Source: Paragordius varius (lineage: Eukaryota > Animalia > Nematomorpha). From it: a stretch of 64,000 bases of DNA. The notes beneath the pieces were generated by a model that was given only the letters and a program-made list of their open reading frames with translations, made no database searches and was not told the DNA's origin. Both the position numbers and the translations under genes were made by a program. The stretch spans positions 11,966,001-12,030,000 of the forward strand of contig OZ176050.1 in the NCBI GenBank assembly GCA_964247055.1, in the 5' to 3' direction. Each line of letters starts with the position of its first letter. The first letter of the stretch is position 1. Shown here piece after piece: positions 13,326 to 25,500 of the stretch.

Positions 13326-14219
13326 TCAATCTTGTTGAATTATTAGGCGTGTAGTTAAATCTGAATCAAAATCATTGCTATTTTTATTGGGTGAAAATTT
13401 AAATTTTGGGTGATTTGGTAAAAAATGGATGTGATCATCTTCACTATCGTAATCATTATCGTCTGTCGTGTTTAAGTCATTGCCCAAATGAGTTTGATTA
13501 GGAGAACTTTGAAGTTTTGTATTATGCTTTCGAGATTGTTTAACATGAGGTTTTTTGTATATCATATGATGGCTCATTAACATATCGTCTATGACCCAAA
13601 ACATGAGTATGTTTATACATAAGGGAATAACAAGTACAACAAGGGCAACTTCAATCTTCGGATTATTAATGGGGACAACTAAATAACTAAATGTATTCCT
13701 CCAAAATCTGAATTGAATTAAGATGGTTATCAAAATTTTTTCGATGAGCATAATAAGCAAATAAATTAAACATTGATGAGCCCAAGAATGACAAGAGGGC
13801 GGTTTACCATAATCACCAATTTTAACTGTAGTCCAACTCTGAGCACGGGCCAGATAATGAAAGACGCGAAGTGAGATAAAAATAATGAGAAGCCCAATGG
13901 TAGAATCAAGTAAATAATTTGTAATGTACCAAGAGCATGGATCTCCAATAAATAAATCTGATAAAAATATATTGACAAAATGAATAAAAAGAGCACCGAT
14001 GGCTTGTTTAGATGTATCAAAAAACCAAATAATCCAGGTACGTCTTTCGGCCGGTGGCTCAAAAAATCGTTTTATAATAAGTGAAGCAAAAGCGACAAAT
14101 CCTAAAATTGATTGAACAATTAAGCCGTATGAATCTGTTAAGGATCCGTGGGGACAATGTGAAAAATCATTCTTGGTGGTAAATGCATTATGGATAATTT
14201 TGGTTGTGCCATTTACCAT
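13326..14219 (-). CDS. STIMATE: STIMATE/TMEM110 multi-pass membrane protein, intronless, 297 aa
   Basis: Single ORF with LTDSYGLIVQSILG, ERRTWIIWFFDTSKQAIGA, DPCSWYITNYLLDSTIG, GDYGKPPS..W..Q and MFWVIDDMLM, followed by an acidic low-complexity tail. This is the TMEM110/DUF3661 pattern. Confidence 0.92.
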   Translation of the reverse strand: MVNGTTKIIHNAFTTKNDFSHCPHGSLTDSYGLIVQSILGFVAFASLIIKRFFEPPAERRTWIIWFFDTSKQAIGALFIHFVNIFLSDLFIGDPCSWYITNYLLDSTIGLLIIFISLRVFHYLARAQSWTTVKIGDYGKPPSCHSWAHQCLIYLLIMLIEKILITILIQFRFWRNTFSYLVVPINNPKIEVALVVLVIPLCINILMFWVIDDMLMSHHMIYKKPHVKQSRKHNTKLQSSPNQTHLGNDLNTTDDNDYDSEDDHIHFLPNHPKFKFSPNKNSNDFDSDLTTRLIIQQD

Positions 14220-15229
14220 TTTATTTAAGGAAATTCATATTTTTGGCAGCGTGGAAACTACTCAAAAATTTTGCATATGTATTTGACCAGATATCACAAA
14301 ACATATGAAAAAATCAAAAACCATCAATTAAAATTTTTTTCCCTTTGAATAATTACATGAGAATATATGATATTTTTTATCCGAACCTCCTAACCTGTAA
14401 AAAATATTATCAGTAATAACCCATTCAACTTAATATATAAAAAATGTAACCATTTTTGAATGGTTCGATTAAAGTTAAGCCACTTTTATCAGCCGGTCAC
14501 CTAACCCCACTGCCGGTGTAAATAGGGTTAAAAAAAAAGGTCGAAAGTCATGTTTTTGATTCCTCAAAATAGCACTCAGATCCAAAAATGAAGAATTATA
14601 ATTATTAATAAAGATCAAAAGGCAAATCTTCTTTTTAAGGCCCTTCTCTTAACCCAAAATTATTTCTTTTAGAAAACTAAGAGTCTTAAAATTTTAAGCC
14701 ATTTTTCTCAGATTATTAGAATATGCAAAATTATTAATGGTGTCACGTTTTCTCCGTAAAAACGCAAAAATTTTATATAAGCGTTTTTTGGCCACTGAAT
14801 AAAGTTTTATCTTTTGTATGCGCCAGTATGCAAAAAATAAGCTTAGATCCGAAAAATCTATTATTAAAATATAACACTGGTTTAAAATCTGGAGGTACTA
14901 AAATATCCTGTTCATATATATATATATATATATATTCTATAGGATAATTAATCAGGATTATCACAATGGTTTTGGTTTTGGTCCATAAAAATGATTTAAG
15001 AAAGTATTTACGCTTTTTTTAAGTACTCATATCAGAGAATGACCGAATTTGCGCACAGTTTTTTAAATAATTTGGTAAAAGCTAGAGACTTTATTCCAAA
15101 AATTATTACTAAAATAATCATAATTCATGGGAAATATAGTCAGGTTCCCCCTTATTACATCAATGTCGAAAAAAATTAGTTCGGAACGAAAAAGTGGTTT
15201 TTGATATAGAATATTAATTATAAATATAT

Positions 15230-15358
15230 AAAAAAATAGGTTAAAAAATAATAAAAATGAATGCAGGATTTATGGTTAAATCAGAGTTAAAAAATTAAAA
15301 TTTGAAGTGTTCAAGAACCAACTTGAAGTGAAGGACACTCTTAAAGTGCAATGAAATA
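15230..15358. mobile_element. Terminal fragment of MITE family B
   Basis: GAAGTGTTCAAGAACCAACTTGAAGTGAAGGACACTCTTAAAGTGCAATG matches the family B end. Confidence 0.6.
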
Positions 15359-15551
15359 TAATAAAGTATTATTGGAAAAACTTTATTAATTTAATGAGAT
15401 TTAATAGTTCCAATAAAATTATATTATTTGCATTGATAAGTCAATATTGTTGGTGAGATTCAATACGCTATAAAACATATTTCGCGCTATTTATGTAACT
15501 AACTTGATATTAATTTTTTAATTTTGGTAGTATACCATCTATATAAATATA

Positions 15552-16609
15552 CTAGCGTAAATCTCGTGCTGGCAGCACGAGTAAGTCCTTCGGACTTCTG
15601 GGAAGGGGGGGGGGGGCTATTTGAAATAAGGGACAATAAAATGATCCACATATGTGGATTATTCCACATTATTTAAATTTGATTTGGAATTTTAAAACGG
15701 TGCATTCATACTAATATATTGTATACTTTGGATAGATTTAAATAATTATTTTTGTGGACTTTGTTTTTTAAAAAAATGGCATTTTACGGGGGGAGCGGGT
15801 AAAAAGAGGGCCTAAATTAAAAAAGCGAGACGACTATGTTCGTCGCAATCGAAAATAAGTAAACAAAAATCATATTTGAAATCGAATGGTCCAACACGTT
15901 CTCCAGAAAATTGTTTCAACTTGTTTTTTACACGGGGTAGGCCCGAACGGGGACCTAATTCCAAAAAAGGGCGAAGCTATTGTCGGGACATTTATTAAAG
16001 ATTATATTTTTTCTATGTTTGGATTTGATTGGGTTCACCGGTTTTCCGGAAACAGATCACAAAGTTACATGAAAAATCAGTTTTTAGCGGGTAGCTCCTT
16101 ACCCAGCAGCTATCATCAAAGAAACGCATGACTAAAATTTTTGCCTTTTAACAGGGAATACGTGGAATCCATATAGAATTTTTACGGTCTCATACCTAGG
16201 GCAAAAATATATTTAAAAAATTATTTTTGTGGACTTTGTATTTTGAATAAAAATGGCATTTTACGGGGGAGCGGGTAAAAAGAGGGCCTAAATCAAAAAA
16301 GCGAGACGACTATGTTCAGCGCAATCGAAAATAAGTAAACAAAAATCATATTTGAAATTGAATGGACCAACACGTTCTCCAGAAAATTGTTTCAAATACA
16401 CGATTTTTGTGGACTTGTGTTTTCAAAAAAAACCCGTTTCTCACACGGGGTGGGCCCGAACTGGGGGCCTATTTCAAAAAAAGGGCGAAGCTATTGTCGG
16501 GGCATTCATTAATGATTATATTTTTTCGAAGTTTGGATTTGATTGGGTCTACCGGTTTTCCGGTACCAGATCACAAAGCCAGCATTTTCCATTTTTATAA
16601 ATATATAGA
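15552..16609 (-). mobile_element. Non-autonomous Helitron with an internal direct duplication of about 350 bp
   Basis: On the - strand it starts A|TCTATATATTTATAAA (16609) and ends with a GC-rich hairpin CTCGTGCTG-C-CAGCACGAG followed 8 nt later by CTAG|T (15552). That gives the 5'-TC end, 3' hairpin-CTRR end, A^T insertion site and no TSD. About 15727-16075 is repeated at about 16207-16580. Confidence 0.85.
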
Positions 16610-18532
16610 TGATGAATTTTCATGTATAACCGAAATGAAAAATGGTAAGGGCTCATTTTATTAACTTTTTGTGATGGCTAAAGATACTAACGCTGTAATA
16701 TTTATTATCTTTTTTAATAAAATTAAGCTTAATGGACCTAGGAATCAATTAAAATTTTCTTATCCCCTTAAAAAGGGCGGATTACAGTTGTATTATTTTT
16801 AATAACCATAATTAAATAAAGCTTTATCATATATTTTTTAAATTTAACACTTCTTGTAATTAAACTACCTTTTTGAAAGTTATTTTATTTAAATTTTAAT
16901 TATCAAACATTATTCTCCTGTATTTGGAGAAAATATATTATAATTTTGTAACTTCTATAATCTAAAATTGGGACAGCTTCAAAACACGATTGGAATAACC
17001 AGATTTAAATCAATAAAAATCAAGTTTTGCAGGTAAAATATAGCGAAAGCTTACTAAAGTCAATTATTTACATTTTCTAACCATTATATACATTTATTTT
17101 CCTATTGAATTAGCGATTAAAAAAATAACGAAAAAAAGGCGGCGAAAAAGTTGAGATGAGGATTTTTTTACAATTTAACAATTTTTGCAAAAATAATTTC
17201 GTATTAAAATGGCTAAAGAAAGCATATTTTCGACCTTATACTTTTTATGATATTCCAATTTTAAATCGCTCTGAGATATACAGTAAAACTGAAATTATAC
17301 GGACAAAAGTAAAAATATAAAGACAAAATTTTTTTCAAAAAACAACCATATTTTTTTAAACCTTAATTTTTCTTATAAAAATCATTGAATAACAATCGTA
17401 ATATATGTAATTGATTGTGTTATCAATATACATCTCAATTTTATACTTGCAATTTTAAACAATGTGTTAAATTAAAAAAATCAAGAAAAAGCAATATTTG
17501 TCTTTAAATTTTAACGTTTTCGTATACTTTAAATTTTAACTGTAAAACATATTTTAAAAGTCATGAAGTGTTAAATTAGCTAAGAAAAATTAAATTTTTG
17601 GGATTTTTCTAATAATTAGGTTTCACTTTCTCATTTTTTTATTAAATTAAATATAAACCATTTCACTAAATATTTATGGAAATAGCGTCGTATCTTTTTT
17701 AAAAAAATCTTTTTATTAGTTATATTATTTTGCCAACGTATTCATTTATATTGTATATATTGTAAAAGTATTTATTGGATTTATATGCGGTAATAAGAAT
17801 TATATATAATATAAATACAACTTGTATATAAAATAAAAATATGTGGAATATACATAATGACAATAATAGGCATATTTTTATATGGACAGGGTAGGCCGTA
17901 GTTTAATGATAAATGGACAGATTTGAACAAAAAACAATAAAAAAAGCCTATTTTTTATATAATTGAATATTTATGTAAAAAAGCCTTTTCAATTGCTTTA
18001 AAAATTTATTAAAATTGATATTGTGTGAAATCAAGATTAAAAGAATTATATATTGCGAATAATTTTACACATATAATATTGAACATTAAAAAATTTATAT
18101 AATAAGCTAGAATAAATAGTGATTAATTGGACCGAATATTTTATGTAATGTAAAAATTAGCATTGGACCACAAAACCTACTAAAAATATGTTACAACACG
18201 ACTTAAAGGTAAATTTTTTAAAACTAAATTTGTTGAAATAATTAAAAATATTCGTGTGCATATTTATAAATGATATAAGAGTACAACAGTTTTTTACAAT
18301 GTTTAAAAATATATATCTGATGAATTTGATTGTAATCAAAATGTACTTTTATTGGTCTATAAAGGAATGTCTAAACAAGTTACATGCAACGTTGTGTGTT
18401 TTAAAGCTAGTTAAAAACAATTTTGTATAAAAATTATAATAAGTAGGTATAATAGTATAAAAATCGCAGTAAAGAAAAACCAACTATAAGCATTCTTTTT
18501 TTACAAATAATTTTCCATAAAAGCTAAAAATT

Positions 18533-21500
18533 TTAATGTTGCTCGATCGTTCCATTTGCAAGTTTCCCGTTAGGACAATGTCCATTTTTAAGGGGAGAGC
18601 CTTTTCCCTTAGAATCATAAGGCAATTGGACTTCTGATTCCGTCGTTTCAACATCATCGTCAGAAGAATGATAATACATACCATTGCCTATGTGAGGTTT
18701 TCCAATCCAAGATGATTCATAGTTATTGGCGTCTGAAATAAAGCAAATAATTTTTGAAAAAATAATTTATTATAGATTAAAATTGTTTTTAATTACATTT
18801 GGTGAGAAAAAGTTGCGTTTGATTAAATATACAGTCATTTTAGTAATTTAACAATACATTTCAAATAATCTTTAACTATTTTTACTCTAAATATGAATAA
18901 TATTTTATTTAATTTATAGTGGAAAAAAACCTGAGCTTAAAATATTGTTGTTTGGAACAATTGATGGAGATTTTTTTGGTGAAGAGTGATTGCTTCCCAT
19001 GTTTTCCATTTTAGCTGTAATTAAGGTCATATCCCCATTTTCTAAATTAAGGTGCTGATTTCTCTGTATAAATAATTTTTGAAAAAAAAACATAATTAAC
19101 ATATATGTTTTGTTAAAATCTAAATAAATATATATTGAAACATTTTCAGTTTACAATATAGAGATTTTTTTAAAAAATAATAATATTTGATCCTTGACTA
19201 TATCAATGTAACCTAAAAGACAATTGTAAAATATGTTATTTAAGTGGGTTACCAATTTACATCTTGACTTGTTATTTGACAAATGAAACATATTAAAAAA
19301 TCAACGTTTATAATATGTGGTTGCTTTATAAAAAAATATTATTCTATTAGCTTATATTTTTGCCTTAATTTTTTACTGTGTTTGACAATAAATTTTTTAC
19401 TTTAGGGAGTATCAATTTCGCCCAATTTTATTTTTTAAATGGAAACTTAAAATAAACAATAATTGAATTGAATTAGAGCAATAATAGTGTAACCTTTGTA
19501 AACGTGTAGATTAAAACAAAACATTAAACTAATCAGAAAGTAGACACAAAAAACTGTTTATAACATAAAAAATACCAATTTAGGGCACACAGACGGGGCT
19601 GGAGGTAAATATTCTGTAAATGTTTCCTCTTCAAAATTAGTTTTATTCCCTCGTCGATCAGGTGATTGGCAAGATGATTGTGTGCTATATTCGGCATTTG
19701 TGACATCTCTCAAAGAATTGATTTGGGATTCTGAATCACTCCAATCATGATCTCCACATTCGTTGGGCGCTTTTGTTAAAAAATTAAATGTTAAACAAAA
19801 ATAATAACAAAATACAATTTTATCATTTATTAAATGCCTAATATTTGAAAAAAAGGTAAATAAAATGACAGGACTGTGACTTAACTTAAATCGTGGAAAA
19901 TGAAAGGGAAATTAGAAAGGGTTTATTCGTATTTCAAAGAATTTAAATAAAAATTTTAACAAATTTGAATATAATTGGAAGTCATTTATATCATAAAAAA
20001 TTATAAAACAATAATTATATTTATATATTTAAAAAAAAGTTTTCTAAAAAATACCATTCGGAGTATTTATTCTCTCTTCAAGCGATTCTCTTCCATCAAC
20101 ACATTTTGGGTTGAGTTCATGATCTTCGTAATTACTATCGTAAGATTCGGTCGTTTGGTCTGGCCCCTCATCATTATAATCTGGTTCTGGACTTGAAACT
20201 ATAATTATTATTATTTTTGATAATTTGCCATGTGATTTATGAAGATGTTAAATTATTTTATTAGACATAAAAATGTGTATCCATGGTATAAATAAATATT
20301 ATAGAGAATATAATTCAAAATAAAAAACTAAAAGGGTTTAAACAATCTTTATCATATAAAAATAACTTGACTCCCTTTAAAGGTAAAAATTATATTTTAA
20401 AATCATGCATTGTATACTCATTATTACTATATTCGTTGAAATAAAAATATGAACAAAAACAAATATTCTATTTTAAATCAACCAAATAAAGAAAAAATCA
20501 TAATTAAAAAAAATATAATGCAAAGTATATGAAATAAACCTCTTTCCTATATATGTTATTTAATTTAAACTACATTCACAATATTTTTAGAGCTAACAGT
20601 TTAAATAATACCAGTCAATTTAAACGAAGGACTTGCACATTCCTGTTTTTGCTGCGTTAATGATGCACCGCTATTTAAAGATTCTGAAAAACTTTCATTT
20701 TTCAAGGCACAATCATTATTCTCAATGGATTGTTCTAGTTGATTATCCATTGTAATCTGTTGTGGTGATAAGCATTTAGGCGAAGTTGAAATTTGTTTCG
20801 AAGGTGAGGCCAAGGGAGATGTACAGAGTTGTTGGGGTGAAACGGTGATTTTTTCGCGGTTGTTAAAGCTCTGTTTTGTGGTTGGAGAATTTGTGGCAGT
20901 CCTAGAATGTAAAAATTTTATTGAGTCACGTATTTTAAGTTTTTCGGGTATGTATAATTTGATAGGAATATATTAACGCTCGGTGATAGTTATTTAAAAC
21001 AATGAATGTATTCATTTTCTAACTAAAACTTAACGATATATTTCCTTTTTCACCATATTTTAAATATAAATCTCGGTGCTTGATAAGGCGAAATATATTA
21101 ATAAATTAAAACAAATCTAGATGTTAATCCAGTCATATAATGAAAAAAAGTCCACAATAAAGTAACAAATAGAAAAATATCAAGCTATGTATATTACTTA
21201 GATAAGATGTATTTGATACCAAATTAATATACTTATTACATGTATTATCATCAAGCTTTTTTAAATTATATTCTCTTTAACATATAAGAGTGTTTCGATT
21301 TTGACCTGTCTTATTTAAACGCCATTATCGCAAAAAGTTATAAAAACAAGCTTTATTCAAAGCTCTATTATAAAACCACACTTTGCTTGGAAATTTAATC
21401 AACTCTTTGCCTCACCTATTTTCCCATGTAGCTTTAACATTATTAACGTAGGACATGGTTTCTGAAGAGTTTGATACAGACTTATCAGAGGTTACTCCAT

Positions 21501-22539
21501 TTATACTGCTGGCACCACCATTAGTTGAAGAAAAGATAATGTGTTGATTGGCCCCTGAAGATATTTGATGTGATCTAGGCGTCAATTTATGTGTAAGGGG
21601 TGATGTGTTGTCGTTAGTGGGTGATATACGGGAACTACCATTTGTTTTAATATGGTTGTTTTCTTTTCCTTCATTAGTGAGTGGGATTGGACTGGTGCTA
21701 GATTTACCGTTCATTGCTGTAAAAATTAAAATTACGTAAAGATGAAACGTGTAAAAATCAAAAGACAAAAATTTTGTAAAATGAATTTTTTTAACCTTTA
21801 TTTTTTAAATATTTATTGCTTTTGGTTGCAAAATAAAAAAATTAAGATGTAAATTAGTAAAATATATAGTTTATGCAGGAAGAATCAAGGTTTAAAAAAG
21901 AATGGCTCATCTTTTGTGAAAAAATATCCCCTATAAATTTTTACGTTATGTTGTTATAATATAATTTTTTACAGTATTACAGTGTGCCTAAATATGCATT
22001 GCTAGTTTCCCATTATTTATTACCCATACCAACTTACAATAAGAAAATTGGCTTAAATTTTGTGCTTACAAAAATATGTATTTTTGAGTCTTTTTTCAGC
22101 CATTACTCTTTAAGTGCTATCCGAAAATGTCTAACGAAAACTAGCGATGTAAAATTATTCCATTTACATCGCCAAATGTAAAAAAATGACAAAACACCGA
22201 TAAATTTTAATGTAGGGTAAGAGATTATAATAGAACATGAGTGATAAGGGAAATAAATACAATAAAGAGATGGTTAATCACATAAATAAATGTCATGCTG
22301 AAACATGAAAATCATGTTAACGTTATTCAGTAGATTTCCATCAGGAATTAAGCAAACTTTATAATTTTTATGCCTTAATTTTTTATTTATTTTAAGTATA
22401 ATCATGCTTTTATATGATTTTTAATTGTATGAAAACTAACAAACTTAATTAATCACTTAACAAAATTATCTTATATACTATGATTAATGGTAAAAAAAAT
22501 AATTCGTGAGTTTTTCATTATTGCCAAAAATTTTGATTT

Positions 22540-22599
<60 letters not shown>

Positions 22600-25500
22600 G
22601 TTAAAAACTGGTGATTTTCGTGATGTTTTTGTCGGAGAATCTGGGATGGGAGATTTGATCCCTGAAACCATTGATGTATCTAGAAAAAATACATAGAAGA
22701 TTATTTTAATAAGATTAAAAAAGAGCGTTTATAAATATTTTTATATATGTTATCTTGGTAAGATAAGGAGATAATATAAAAAATGTGAATTTTTATTCAC
22801 TATAGCAAGCTTATTTTGTCTTTCATTTGAGTCTTCAGTCATTGAAGCTTTTTGTAATGCCAAGGATACCATTTCCCTTACATGTGTCTCCATTTTTGGT
22901 AAAACTTTTGTCATATATTCTGTTATCATCTTTTCATATCTTCTATTGAGCTCATTTGTGAACCATTCTCCTTTAGAGGCAGGTGATGCTCCTTTGGCAA
23001 GATCTTTCATACTCTAGAACCATCAAGGAAGAAGATATATTACCTGGGAGTGAATATTCATCGTTGCAAATATGGAGAAAGTTCTTTTATTGTGATTGGG
23101 CTAAGGCATTAGTTACACAAATGTTATTAGTTTATAAACATTATCATATCCAAAGTGTTACTTTTGCTTGCTCAATATTAGGATTAGGTGATGATTTTTT
23201 GAAATCAGCAGGATACGTTTCGCAAGAAGAGCTTAAGAAGTTATATGATGCTAGCAAAAGGATTGATGGAAGGCCGTACATAGGTATGATAAGATCACAG
23301 GAGCATGATCTCCAAATCAGCAATTTTCCTAGATTATGTTTATTAGGTATAAACTATTTCAAGAAATGGTCTTCTTCAAAAACTAACACATGGAATGCAT
23401 ATAATGTTAGTTCTATAGACAGATTTATTTCTTCTAATATGGATAAAATAACATGTGAAAAATTGGTTGATGTTTTCCCAACCACAGGGGATCAATTATA
23501 TAAGAATTTTGCAAATTTACTGACAGAAGAGGAATTCCTTATGAGTTTACCAGACAGGGATATTAATAAGGAAAAGCTTTTGAATAGAATTTACAATTTA
23601 TGTTTGAAAGATCTTGCCAAAGGAGCATAAACTGCCTCCAAAGGAGAATGGTTCACAAATGAGCTCAAGAGAAGATATGAAAAGATGATAACAGAATATA
23701 TGACAAAAGTTTTACCAAAAATGGAGACACATGTAAGGGAAATGGTATCCCTGGCATTACAAAAAGCTTCAATGACTGAAGACTCAAATGAAAGACAAAA
23801 TAAGCTTGCTATAGTGAATAAAAATTCACATTTCTTATATTATCAACTTATCTTACCAAGATAACAATATACATATAAACAAAAGGAATAAATTATTTTG
23901 TTAACGCATTTTTTCCAAAAATATATAATAAAACGTAAAACAAAAAATTAATATAATATTTTTTTTACTATTTTCCAAATCTCGAGGTACATTTCCTTCA
24001 GCAGTATTTGAAATACCGTTATTTTTGTTAATTTCATTACAGGGTAAAATATTTTTAGTGTTTGAGATGGATGTTAAGAAATCGCGACCCATTAAACAAG
24101 CAAAAACGGTCATAACCATTTTCGGTTTAACTTCAACAATATCATCGGGTAAAGCATAAATTTTAGCACCAAGTTTTCTGGCCATAGATATGGCATATTT
24201 CGCATTCTCGTATTTGGCCTAAATTGCAAAAAATATGTTGTTAGTGTAATTTTTTAATAAAACTCAATATTTTTGAAAATCTTTGACATTAGATTTACCT
24301 ATAAAATGAAATGTTCTTAAAATTCATTTATTAATTTAAAGCAGTGCTATAAACTCGATGAATATATTAAAAAAGGTTTGAAAAAATAAGACATTATCTA
24401 TATATAATCATAATTTTTTTTTCTAAAAAGTTTCATAAAAAAAATATTCTTTTTTTGCATTTTAAATCACTCGTATTTTTGAATATTTATTTTATATTAG
24501 GTCAATACGGTTAGGGTTGTTAAATACGTAGATAATAAAAGTGAATGTATAATATTTAGCCTAATCGTATAGAAAATTATAAATCCAAAATATGATTTAC
24601 TCTATAAAAAACAAATCTTTTACTATTCAAATTGAAGCCATTTTTATAAAAACTTAACATTTTATGTGACTTATCTTTTTGAAATTTCAAATTTTCAGCA
24701 AATATATTAATATAAATTTGTTTTGAATAAAACCTCATCGCTAAATCCTTCTTTGACTTGTGTATAATCAACGCATCCCTTCTTTATTGAATCAATGAGA
24801 TCTAATACGACAACTCCATCAGAGATTGAGGAATCTTGAAACGAGGATATGCTCGTTAATTTGCCATTTTCTTTTAACTGTTAATATAATTCATATTTAT
24901 GTTAAAGAAATTTAACTTAATAATAGTTAAGAACCGGAACCGGGTTTCAAAAAAGTTTTTTGAATTTTTTGCTTCAATTTCATCTTTTTTTGTCAATGAG
25001 TTATATTTTCAGTTGCATTTTTTGTAGTATAGTAAAGCCAAAAAGCATATAATCAAAAAATTTCGAGGAATTTCAAGATAATAAGATATACTTTGATAAA
25101 AAATAAAAGAAAATAATATTAAGGTTAACATTAAAAAAAATAAAATTTAAATTATATTTTTCTTAAAAAGTTTATTATTCCGATTCTCCTTCCAATCATT
25201 AAAAAACTCCTTCAAAACAATTAAATTATCTTATATAAACTGTTAAATTTCCAAAATGCATAATTATTTAGGAAAAAAATGGGTTTTAATATATACAAAC
25301 TTTTTGATTTGCCCATTGAATAATTTCTTTTTCGCCCATGGGTGTAACACCGGCTTTCCCGTTTGAGGTAAGGTTACAGAGCAAACTAAGTGTATAAGCT
25401 CGCATAAGTTGCCACACTAATGCTATATTTTGGCAATGAAAAGATTATGATTTAGGTCGGAGATACAAGTCTTTAAATCAACTTGAAAAAGTAAAAAATT

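Noticed and set aside
13275-13328. Stop-codon readthrough fusing STIMATE to ValRS (the frames match)
   Set aside because: Two more in-frame stops (TGA, TAA) lie in the 17-codon spacer.
13766-14062. 98-aa ORF overlapping STIMATE in another frame
   Set aside because: A shadow frame of a hydrophobic T-rich CDS, with no independent evidence.
14418-14529. Possible piggyBac mini-element ending AAATAGGG|TTAA upstream of STIMATE
   Set aside because: The left end matches poorly, there is no clean TTAA duplication, and only one copy is present.
15886-16664. Three ORFs of 81-100 aa with similar sequences
   Set aside because: They lie inside the duplicated Helitron interior, in inconsistent frames, with no recognisable motif.
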